From: Eledone cirrhosa
Lineage: Eukaryota
Assembly (NCBI GenBank): GCA_964016885.1
Contig: OZ024742.1
Coordinates: 115,072,001 to 115,136,000 of the forward strand
Direction: 5' to 3'
Length of the DNA: 64,000 nucleotides
Under the pieces are notes generated by a model. It did not search any database. It was not told the origin of the DNA and saw only the letters and a list, made by a program, of their open reading frames with translations. Of this stretch, positions 28,708 through 39,975 are shown piece by piece (position 1 is the stretch's first letter; each line of letters starts with the position of its first letter). The position numbers and the translations under genes were made by a program.

Positions 28708-30290
28708 TTAAAATAAATATGCGTTAAAATACTCGGACGTTACTAATGAAGAAATAAACATCATTCTCACCGCAAGGAAAACCATCTTGAAATTTAACAA
28801 TGAATATTGGGCAAGAGCGGATACTTCCAACAATTTCGACGTCACCATGGGTTCGTCGGATTCAGCACAACTGACCGATTTGGTTGGAATTTTCATCTTT
28901 AAACCGGAAAATTCATCAACTTCGCGGTGTGAATTTATCTTGATGATGCTCTTTTTACTGTCTCTAATTGTAACGAAGTAAACTTAAATATTATTAAGAA
29001 AAATATATTTAAGCATCCTTTAATATTATTAAGAACAATATATTTAAGCATCTTAACTTAAAAATTGAATTCGAGAATAATGATAAATTAGCAAATTTCC
29101 TTGATGTATCCCTTAATCTAGATACCGGCCTATATTACTCGTATCATAAGGATAGTGAGAACTTAAATTACGTTAAATTTAAATCTAACCACCCTAATAA
29201 TGTTAAAACTACTATAGTCAGAAGTGTAGAAAAAAGAATTTCTAATTTATCCTGTAATAGAGATATTTTCGAAGCTATTGCCAACTGTTAAAATAGTGCG
29301 CTATCTAGGGCTGGATATCCATACAAAATTAGGTATACTAAGGAAACTAATTTTGGCAGTGCTTTTAGTAACTGTAGTAATGTAGCTAGTAATAATCATA
29401 CCACTAACAAAAGGAGGAGACCTAGATATAAAAATATCCTTTGGTACAACGCTCCCTTCTCTCTTTCCGTTATTAATAATATCCCTAAATAATCTTTTAG
29501 AGCTCTATATAACAGCATCCTCCCTTCACATTTATATAGACAGATTTTCGATAAGCATACTATTAAATTCCAATATTTCTAAAATTATCTCAAGACATAA
29601 TTCTAATATATTAAATAATAACTCATATGCATCCAACCATGAGAGTCATAATAAAAACACTATAAGGCCCGACGTCAAAGTAAACTCTAGCAAAATAAGA
29701 CAATTAAAAATACGACGTCAAACGTAACTTTGAGGAATGATTCAAATAGTAACGTCAATTTGGAAACTTTAGCACCTCCTTTAGTTAATTCCAATACTAC
29801 AGTTTATAATATAATTCATCCTGGGCCCCTTGCCAATAACACTGTAAATAAACTTAATCGTAAATGCAACTGCCATATTAGAACTAATTGTCCTCTTAGT
29901 AATTTCTGTCTCGATAAAAACCTAGTATACGAATGTAAAGTGGTAACTAGTACCAATACCTATACCTACATTGGCTCTACTTCTACTTCTTTTAAAGCAA
30001 GATTCTATAATCATTCTTCTACATTTAAATATCCACTTAAAAGGACAAACACCGCACTCTCGGAACTTATTTGATCCTTAAAAGACAAATAGATTAATTA
30101 GTAAATTTCTTGGCGTAAAATATGCAACGCTTCTCTATACTCCAATGCTTCCATATCTAGTGTTTCTAATTTATGTCTAGTCGAAGAATTTACCATTATC
30201 TCGAATTTCAACTCAATAATAAATAGAAGAACATATTTATTTGGTCTTTGCACTCATAAATCCTTGAAGACCTTTCACAAACTATATAGC
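28708..30290 (+). pseudogene. PLE reverse transcriptase (C-terminal half) plus GIY-YIG endonuclease remnant
   Basis: NFDVTMGSSDSAQLTDLVG, IYLDD, NFLDVSLNL, SNHP, CNCHIRTNCPL (CxCx5C), [18 protein letters not shown] and a terminal CxH. This motif set matches my recollection of the Hydra clade. Confidence 0.9.
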
Positions 30291-31090
30291 TAATGTCTTA
30301 TAACATATTCCACGAATAACGGTTAATTTTTTACACACATTTCATTATATTCTACAATGTATTAAGTTAGTTTTCTCAGCATATATTAAGCCTTTGACCT
30401 TTTTTTCTATATACATATATGTTCGTAGACTTTGTAAACAAATTATGACGTCATGTGTATTTCTACGTTTATAAATCATTCTAGCAATTTCCTTTATTTA
30501 TTTGTTGATATAAAGTAATAATTAAATAGTATACCCCACATATATTGATTTTTAATAGAAATTTTTAATTTTGCAATAGTTAGAATATTTTAATTTTTTA
30601 TTTATTTATTTATTTTTTTTATTTTATAAAACTATTTAATACTTATTTTAATTTAATTTAATTTAATTTAACTTAATTTTATTTTATTAATACATTTTTC
30701 ACTTCTTAATGCAATTTTTAGTATTTAAACCCAATATAAAATAATATACTCAGTTCTATATTTTTGATCTCTAATATTTGAATACCATCTATAGTATTCG
30801 CACATATACCTCATCGATTTACTTTTTAACCGCTATTTACAGCTTGTTTCATTTTGACAGCGTTTCTGATCAAAAGTCTCTCTTTCTCTCTCTCTCCCTC
30901 TTTCTCTTTCTCTCTCTTCCTTTTTTTCCTCTCTTCCTTTTTTCCTCTCTTCTCTTTCATTTTCCTTTTTCTCCTTCTTCATTCCTTTTCTTCTATTTTC
31001 CTATCTTTTTCTTACTCTTATATTTCTGTCATATGTAGACTTTGCACTTTCCTGTTGACAAGTATGTTTAGGCCTCATATCATGCTACCT

Positions 31091-31160
31091 TATTTTATCT
31101 GATGAGAACATAATGTTTGTCCCAGGATGATGTTGTTTTCGAAATGCGCATAAGAAAATA
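31091..31160 (+). ncRNA. Type I hammerhead ribozyme (28227 family)
   Basis: TATTTTAT-CTGATGA-GAA..TTC-GAAA-TGCGCA-TA-AGAAAATA. Confidence 0.87.
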
Positions 31161-32020
31161 TATGGAACTTTTTAACCTTCTTTAATATATATATATATAT
31201 ATATATATACTATATATAATGTAGTTTGATTACCAATGGGTAGAACTGGTGGTAATGGTTGGTTAACCATGATGTAAAAAATTAAATATATATATATGTT
31301 TGTGTGCCTGTGCATGTACAGATATGTGTGTGTATGTGTGACCTTGTGTGTGTGTGAATAGAACAATGAAGACATAAAGGTCTGAGATGCAGTTATCGAA
31401 TATTCTAGCCTCTTTTTAGGTGTTCGGTCGCTCGATAATTTTATGTGTGTATGTTTGCATTGGCGTGTGCGTGTGCGCGTGTGCCCACCCTTAAGTATGC
31501 GTGCAGAGCTGCTTATATGTGTAGATATATGATGTGTTTTTTATGTGTGTGTTTATAGGTATATATATCTGAATGTATGCGGTTGTGTATGTGTATATAT
31601 TTCTGAATGTATGCGTTTATGTTCATGTATGTATGTCAATGTACAGTTTCCAGTCTCATATATGCGTGTGTAAGTGTTTAGTTATGTTCAAGTGACAGTG
31701 TTGTACACATTAGGCGAAATTATTCAATCTGTGTTCCATGGCAGACAAATTGCAATTAAATATTTTGTGTATGCTACAGCTTGATTTCTCAAATGATGAA
31801 TATTTTAAACTCTAGCTGGTTTTACACAAATTACTTTTCTAATAGCTTGAGGATTTTCTAAAAGACATTCGCAAACTGATTCTCCAGGTTAATAAAAATA
31901 GTATATATATATATATACCTGCATATATATATATAGTAAGTAAAATAACGGAGTAAAGGACTCACGTATAATTCTGTAATTCAATGAGTTCAAAAGAAAG
32001 AGTTTTCCTGGGCACGTTAA

Positions 32021-32126
32021 AATACAGAGAGGAAAACACAGGAGAGTGTGTTTTCATTACCGGATTGTAACCACCATTTTAATATCCTGTAATGAAACGT
32101 TACTCTCCTGTGTTGTTCATCTCTAT

Positions 32127-32129
<3 letters not shown>
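32021..32129. repeat. Foldback hairpin, ~45-bp arms
   Basis: gaaaacacaggagagtgtgttttcattaccggat pairs with atcctgtaatgaaacgttactctcctgtgttgttc. Confidence 0.85.
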
Positions 32130-32220
<91 letters not shown>

Positions 32221-34254
32221 GGGGTGTGTATGTGCGTGTGTGTGTGTGTGTGTGTGTGCGTGTGTGTGCGTGTGTGTGTGTATGTGCGTGTGTACGTGTG
32301 TGTGTTAGAAAACATGTGGATCCAAATCTGAATAATATGATTGCTATCAAGGCCACTAACTTCAATAATTAAAATATGTTGTTTTAGTACAGTATTCTTA
32401 ATAAAATAGAAAATTCCTTTCTAAACACCATATACAAGTTGCGATTCACTAATTGATTAATCTAAATCTACAGCTTATCTCATAATTCACTTCCTTCATC
32501 CATATATATCAAGCAGACATCACCTTACCTCAATGCTCTGCTTCTAGCTACACTTGTTCATATTCTAAGCCTTTGTATTGGTGTCCAGTCCTTTATTTCC
32601 AATAATTATAACTACATATCATGCTATGTCAAATTTACAAATTTATATTTGAATATAATTATCTGGAGATCAGAAATGGGAACTGAATATCAAATAATGT
32701 GTAATACATTATAAATATTGCCTCCATGATTGGTAAATTTGTTCCCAAGATATTTACTAAATATATGATATTGCATGTGTGTGTTTACATATATGAACTA
32801 CAGTTTCCTCGGAAGACACTTTTCATTGCTCATGAACACATTATAATTTATAAACAAAATATAGTATGACTTATTTCGCACAAAGTAAGTGGTAATGGAG
32901 GAAAGTGGATGCGAATATAGAGGAAAACGTGCTTTTATGAAGCTTACCCTCATCGCTACCCTTTATGACACGTGAATATCTATATAAACATACGTGTTGC
33001 TTAATTTTATGAAATGATAAAGGCAGTCGCTGCATGAAAATGTGAGAAAGTTAACAGTTGAGCTAATGAATATATTATTATTTCGAATGTGGATATTATT
33101 GACTTGTAGTATAGATATTACGATACATATATTCATTGATTCAGCATAATCCATCCTGTATTATGATGCCCGAGCAAAGCACATTTTCAATAGTTTCGAA
33201 CACCCAGTTAAATAGATATTCCCGAAAAAATTATAAAAATCCTATTGTCAAGGAAATATTAGTGTATAATGTCAAATGTATTCCGTACATGCAAGTATTT
33301 CATCAATTTCATCGCGTAAGGCTTCATGCAAACATTACAATATAATGTCATATTTATGTTTATAGATAACCTAAGTAACTTGTCAGCCTCCTTTTAGCAA
33401 TTAATTATCATTTATATGTTCCCAGATATAAATCATCATGTAATTATTTATAGTCAACTGTCATTCCATACCTTACATGTTATTTATTTCCAGGCTCTCC
33501 TCCCCAGATTCATCACACACAGAGGAAATGCTTGAACGACACTGAATTATGATGTCAATTGGTAAAGGAGGCATGAATCGGAAAAGCTTTTTTTTTCTGA
33601 TTTTGAAGGAAGTCAATTCATGTCTAAATGCGAATTGTGTGAGATGTTTTGAGTGCTTGTGCGCCTGTGAAATCAGAATGTTTATAATGCAATAAGAAAC
33701 GATAAAATGTTAGAGCCATAAAAGAGTGACATGTAGAATCATATGAACAGCAGTAAATATTGTTTCCAAGTTATGGCTCCTGTCCACACGTGACTTCATA
33801 AACAGATCTCTTTCTGGCATTAACTCTGCGTCTGATGCACTACTGTTTCTTTCCTTTTGCACCGCCGTGTATATTTTGCCAGGCCAAGTATGTTTTACCT
33901 CAATATATTTTACGTGTCTGAAACATTATAATACATACAAACACATACATTTATACATTTATATATATCTTTATATATATATATATATACGTACATACAT
34001 ATATGTATACACACGTACAGTCGTATGTATATATAAACATACATGTACACATATATATGTACGAACATTATAATAAATGTTGTGTAAATCCATAAGTACA
34101 TATATATATGTGTGCATGTATGTATATATATATATACATACTACTGTACGTCTGTATACATATATGTATGTACGTATACATACTTATATTCAAGTAACAG
34201 CCGTACTAAGATTGAGAAATGAAATTTCGTTTCATTTTTTCCGTTTATATATAT

Positions 34255-34404
34255 ATAGGAAACAGTATTACCCTGACGGCAGAGTTCAAGCCATTTCGAC
34301 GGTTATTTCTGGATTTTAGTATAAAATCTTTTATTATTTCTGGACTCTAGAAATTGCCGCCGAAACGGCTTGAGCTCTGCCGTCGGGGTCATACTTTTTC
34401 CTAT
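34255..34404. repeat. Foldback hairpin, ~58-bp arms, each containing a hammerhead 3' half
   Basis: Right arm reads GAAA-CGGC ttgagctct GCCG-TC-GGGG; the left arm is its reverse complement with a few mismatches. Confidence 0.88.
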
Positions 34405-34696
34405 TTCCCACTCTACTACCCTAAGTATTGAGACTCTGCTGTGTTCTGGTCCATTTGGTTCCTTACCACAATTCCTTTGTTATATATATATATAAATATA
34501 TATATATATAAATATATATATATATAAATATATATATATATACATATATATATTTGCTCTAGGCTTCTTATATATTTGATATATATTTATCCTTCTCGAG
34601 CCCTTATTGGATTTTACTATAAAATGTATTATTATTACTATATATATATATACGTATAATTATTATTATTACTATATATATATATATATATACGTA

Positions 34697-35103
34697 TAAT
34701 GGCTGTTCATGTATATAGGATTTAGGAGTACACACATATACATGCACCCATACTCACAGAAACACACACACACACACGCACACATACATTTATAAATAAA
34801 TATATTCGTGCATCTATCTTTATACATTTATATATATACATTTATATATGTATATATAAATTTGTATATACATACATATATAAATGTATTTATAAATGTA
34901 TAAACATAGATGCGCGAATGTATGTATTTATAAATGTATGTGTCCGTGTGTTTGTGTGTGTGTATGTGTGTGTGTGTATGTGTGCGCGCGTGTGTGTGTA
35001 TGCGTGTGCGCGCATGTGTGTGCGCGTGCGTGTGTGTTTCTGTGGGTGTGGGTGCATGTATGTTTGTGTACTCGGAAATCCTATATACATGAAAAGCCAT
35101 TAC
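34697..35103. repeat. Inverted duplication with microsatellite-containing arms
   Basis: taatggctgttcatgtatataggatt..catgcaccca..cacagaaac pairs with gtttctgtgg..tgggtgcatg..aatcctatatacatgaaaagccatta. Confidence 0.85.
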
Positions 35104-35672
35104 ATGTAAATGTCTCTATATTTATTAAAATGAATACGGGATAGATATCTTAATATAGTTCTGTTATTCTTTAATAAATCTTTGTTATGTTTTGTTTTAT
35201 GTTTGTTAAAGAAATAACTTTGGGAGAAACTGACGGAACTGCTGTAGCCTGGGGTGGAATATCAAGCTAATACCGGGTCAGATGACATAGTGGAAAAGGT
35301 TTATGACATTTTAGATCAGAAATACCAATATTCATCTGGGAAAGGAGCAAAGGAAAATGTCAGATGTGATTGAATCTACAACGGCTGCGTTGAATATACA
35401 TGTACAGACACATGCATACGGAGAATATCACACACTTAAACACATTCACTCACTCTCTCATACACACAGGCCCACGCGCTCGTAGGTATGACATATTTAC
35501 ATAATATTCCATATTCGTAACAAATGACTGGACGCATGTGAATTGCTTATACGTCAGGAATTTATACAAACACTTGCATATACATACACTCATACACGTA
35601 CAAGCACGCCACTCTCCTACAGTCTCACACAAACTTACATACACACACATACACGCACACACACACATATAT

Positions 35673-35726
<54 letters not shown>

Positions 35727-35794
35727 AAAAAGGGATGAAATCGAAAATGCAACTGAAGTCTTATTTTTTTTTAAATATATATATTTATTTGGTT

Positions 35795-35832
35795 CCTTTA
35801 CCGGTTTCGCAGTTCTTCTGCTTTGCAAAAGG
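35795..35832 (-). ncRNA. 38-nt hammerhead variant (U3-A8, C6)
   Basis: Minus strand reads CCTT-TTGCAAA-GCAG aagaa CTGC-GAAA-CCGG-TA-AAGG. Confidence 0.75.
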
Positions 35833-36856
35833 TGAGTTGAGATGGAGGGTCTGTGGTTTTTCTCACATCTGGTTGGTCTCTAAATGTTACTTGTTTTATA
35901 TGGAAAAACTGGCTCGAAAACCAGGTTTTTCGAGAAGAAATTTGATTGGTTTGTCAATGATTATAATAAATTACGCGCCAGTTCGCGTTACAATAGTTCT
36001 TCAAATAAGAGAGGGGGGGAGGTGTCACAGGTTGTTTTTTAATATATGAGTGTTTGAATTTCTTTTTACTTGAAAAAATGAGGCTCACGAAGGCTTTTTT
36101 TTGGTTGGTTATAAATGAAATTTGGCTGTCACGTGAACAAGTTTTCATTACATTTTTGCGCCCTTATTTGGAAAACTATTCTGTAGTCTATAGTGAATGT
36201 TATGACAATGGAGAGATAGTGGTCAAGGGAAAAGGGATTGGGAGAAATGTTCTGGTTCAGTGAATATGGCCAGCTGTCAGAGTTCAGGTGTCAGAGTTCA
36301 GATTTTCTATTGAGACTGAAGATATGTGTTTATTTGTGTGCTTGTGTGTGTGTATGTGTGTGTGTGTGTGTGTGTATGTGTGTATTGGAAGATAATTCTA
36401 TTAGTAGAGATGGGGGAGGGAGTTGTGTGTGTATATGGGTGTTATGTGTGTGTGTGCGAGTATGTTAGATAGAGAGAATATATATTTTTTGTGTGTGTGT
36501 ATATATATGTGTGTAGGAAAGTGGTTCTATTAGTAGAAATGGGGAGGGTGTTGTAGGTGTGGGGTTTTTTATGTGTGTGTATGGGTGTTATGTGTGTGGG
36601 AGTATGGTTAGCATGTTAAGATGAAGAGAATATATATATATATATATATTGTGTGTGTGTATGTGTGTGTGTAGGAAAATGATTCCTTTAGTAGGAATAT
36701 TTATGAATGAACATATTTTCCTGACTATTTCGTGTTTGCTGTTGTATTGCCAGTGCAAACGTATGTTTAAGGTTTATTTAGTTCGGGTTTTTATTTTCTA
36801 AAGTAGGTGTTATGTGTGTGTGTGTATGTCATATTGTGGTGTTGACATAATGTATA

Positions 36857-38477
36857 TTAAACCTTATTTAATGTTGGCCTATATTTTTGAATAAACATAT
36901 TTTTCTTATTTATTCGCATTTGTTCTGTTGTATTGTTAGCGCAAAGGTAAAATGGGAAGACTTGGAAGGTGGGTGTCTTATTACTTGCGCAAATGTCTAG
37001 ATGTGCACTTAGTGGTATTTGTCTCGTGGTTGGATCTCGTAATTGTTGGCGATGAACTGTCATTCTGTTTCTGAGTGTGAGTTTAGTTTGTCCTATATAA
37101 TCTTCATTGCATCCTTTACATTTAATGGCATAAAATAGATTTTTTGATGAGCAAGTGAAGTGATTTTTTACAGTAAAATTTTGTCCTGATTTAAATGTAT
37201 ACGTGTTGCCTTCAATGAGGTGAGTGCAGGTTCCACAATTAGAGCGACCACATTTTTTGATACTTGGTTGTGGGTTTGTGGTAGGTAATTTGGCATTGGT
37301 GAGTAATGTTTTCAGTGATTTTGGTTGTCTTTTGCTTTTGATTATTTTGTGTGTTTCAAGGGCTTTTTTCATTCTTGGGTTTTGTTTTAGTAGTGGGATG
37401 TTATTGTGAATAGTGTTGTAAGTTTCCGCATTTCTTGGGTTGTGTGTTGAGATATATGATAGAATATTGGACGTACCTTGAATTTGTTTCTGTTTCCGTA
37501 ATTCATCAATGCCTATTGCTTTAGCCCTTTCTATTCCATTATTTATTAGTAATAGTGGGTACTCTCTCTCAAGTAGAATTTCCTTTAATTCTTGAAGTCT
37601 TTTATTTCGCGTTTCATAATTGGAGACAACTGTGCAAATTATTCTTGCTAGGTTAAAAGGAATGTTCGTCTTCGTGTGCTTTGGATGGTAGGAGGTGAAT
37701 AGCAGATATTGTTTGGAATCTGTTGGTTTGTAGTGTATGTCAGTTTCGATATTTGTGTCTTTTTTTGTGATTAAGATGTCCAGAAATGGGAGCTGATCTT
37801 GGCTGTATTCCATTGTGAATTGGATGTGGTTATTGATGCCGTTTATTAAGTTTTTGAAATCCTTCAGTTGGTCGAGTGTGTGGGACCAAAGAATGAGGCA
37901 ATCATCCAAGTAGCGTTTCCAATTCTCTGATAAATATTTGTGGAAGTTCAATCCGTATTTTGATTTGGACTGTTCATATATCTGGACTTCTAAGTATGCC
38001 ATGACTAAGTTGGCATAAGTTGGAGCGGCTTTTGTGCCCATCGCAGTCCCCGATATTTGCTTGTAAGTATTGCCATCGATATCAAAAAAGTTTTTCTGTA
38101 GGATGAATTTTAATCCCTCGGTGATGAAGCTTTTTTCTATTCTGTCAGGTATCTCATTGGGATATTTCTCTAGCCAGAATCCTATTGCTTCTAGTCCGTA
38201 TTGGTGTGGGATCGTTGTGTAGAGATTCACTACATCGAAAGACACAATAATAGTGTCGTTGTTGACATGTTTGGGGAGGTGGTTTAAGAGGTCCAGCTCG
38301 TCTCTTACAAGGCTTGGTATGTGTTTCAGTATTGGTTTCAGTAGTATGTCTATAAAGTTGCTCAATCTGTGTGTTTCACATTGTGGGCCCGCTACAATTG
38401 GTCTTAATTTAAGGTCTGTGGGGTATTGTGTGTTCACGCAGGCTGAGGTGGATTGTTTACAGGCATCGTTGATTGAG
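36857..38477 (-). CDS. PLE reverse transcriptase plus GIY-YIG endonuclease, open frame but 5'-truncated (no true start codon)
   Basis: LRPIVAGP, SFDVVNLYT, QISGTAMGT..APTYANL, RYLDD, LPFLD, linker CGRSNCGTC, FYAIKC..YIGQT..LRNRMTVH. The frame extends upstream of the ORF-track GTG to the junction at 38478. Confidence 0.95.
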
Positions 38478-38667
38478 GTTTTTGAAATCCTTCAGTTGAT
38501 CGAGTGTGTGGGATCAAAGAATGAGGCAATCATCCAAGTAGCGTTTCCAATTCTCTGATAAATATTTGTGGAAGTTCAATCCGTATTTTGATTTGGACTG
38601 TTCATATATCTGGACTTCTAAGTATGCCATGACTAAGTTGGCATAAGTTGGAGCGGCTTTTGTGCCC
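38478..38667 (-). repeat. 190-bp displaced duplicate of the RT palm segment 37850-38039
   Basis: Near-identical copy encoding GTKAAPTYANL..RYLDDCLIL; only about 2 differences seen. Confidence 0.95.
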
Positions 38668-38927
38668 TTCGTGAGCCTCAATTTTTCAAGTAAAAAGAAA
38701 TTCAAACACTCATATATGAAAAAACAACCTGTGACACCACCCCCCCCTCTCTTATTTGAAGAACTATTGTAACGCGAACTGGCGCGAAATTTATTATAAT
38801 CATTGACAAACCAATCAAATTACTTCTCGAAAAACCTGGTTTTCGAGCCAGTTTTTCCATATAAAACAAGTAACATTTAGAGACCAACCAGATGTGAGAA
38901 AAACCACAGACCCTCCATCTCAACTCA

Positions 38928-38965
38928 CCTTTTGCAAAGCAGAAGAACTGCGAAACCGGTAAAGG
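38928..38965 (+). ncRNA. 38-nt hammerhead variant (U3-A8, C6), inverted-arm copy
   Basis: CCTT-TTGCAAA-GCAG aagaa CTGC-GAAA-CCGG-TA-AAGG. Confidence 0.75.
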
Positions 38966-39186
38966 AACCAAATAAATATATATATTTAAAAAAAAATAAG
39001 ACTTCAGTTGCATTTTCGATTTCATCCCTTTTTGTTTATACTTCCACTCGTGTAGGACACCTCGGTTATTTTTCATTTTGTAAAAAAAACCTCACTTTCT
39101 AATATATATATATATATATTCTATATATATATACATATATATTTATATACATATATACATACATATATATATATATATATACATAC

Positions 39187-39261
<75 letters not shown>

Positions 39262-39328
39262 CATATATACATATGTCCCAAGGCTATGATACCTTCAACA
39301 CAGAGCTGGCATATCTAAGAACTGACTC

Positions 39329-39384
39329 ACTGCCTGATGAGGTCATAGCCATTCAATGGCTATCATCGAAATATATATAGCAGT
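39329..39384 (+). ncRNA. Intact minimal type I hammerhead ribozyme in a ~150-bp solo pLTR piece between (TA)n tracts
   Basis: ACTGC-CTGATGA-GGTCATAGCCAT tca ATGGCTATCATC-GAAA-TATATA-TA-GCAGT, then AATAAA at 39386. Confidence 0.92.
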
Positions 39385-39425
39385 AAATAAAGGATTATGA
39401 GTTCATGCAATTTACTTATGTGTTG

Positions 39426-39493
<68 letters not shown>

Positions 39494-39620
39494 AAGTTTT
39501 ATTTAAATTGTTGGGTTAACAACGAGTAAATATTTATAACTGATATAAAAGCACTCAACAAGTATTTGGAGTATATTTACAATATTAAATAAATGGAAAC
39601 TATATTTTTAAAACCATATT

Positions 39621-39686
39621 TATTTTATTATATATATTTCAGGGATATCATATTAAAAATATGTTATGCCTTCTTCAGACAAAATA
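39621..39686 (-). ncRNA. Intact type I hammerhead ribozyme
   Basis: Minus strand reads TATTTTGT-CTGAAGA-AGG..CATATT ttt AATATG..CCT-GAAA-TATATA-TA-ATAAAATA. Confidence 0.9.
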
Positions 39687-39936
39687 CAATATAAACAGTC
39701 TTATAAATAGATAGATTCGACATACCTTTCAACTTCGACTTCTATTTGAAAAGTTGATTTGGTAGTGAAAAAATATTAGGGACAGTTATAAAAAGAAAGA
39801 ATGAAAAACGAAGAAAAAGAAGAAATGCATGCTACTAAATAGAGAGAGATAGATATAGAGAGATAGATAGAGAGAAGAAATTCATGTAAAGAAACAGAGA
39901 GAGATATATAGAGAGAGGAATAAAAAACACAGAGGG

Positions 39937-39975
<39 letters not shown>

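Larger units (their letters stand above)
35725..39100 (-). mobile_element. Relatively young Neptune-type PLE, 5'-truncated, with an inverted pLTR, inserted in (TA)n
   Basis: 35730-36093 and 38666-39031 are near-identical inverted repeats around an open RT-EN frame, with (TA)n on both sides. Confidence 0.93.

Noticed and set aside
33480-33566. Possible host exon (ttatttccag acceptor, gtaaag donor)
   Set aside because: All three frames contain stops and I found no partner exons. A non-coding exon cannot be excluded.
35543-36049. ORFs sharing MKSKMQL.. (also 38702-39076, 48583-48792, 59942-60238) that look like a conserved small gene family
   Set aside because: They are antisense readings of the same pLTR; frames and ends differ among copies.
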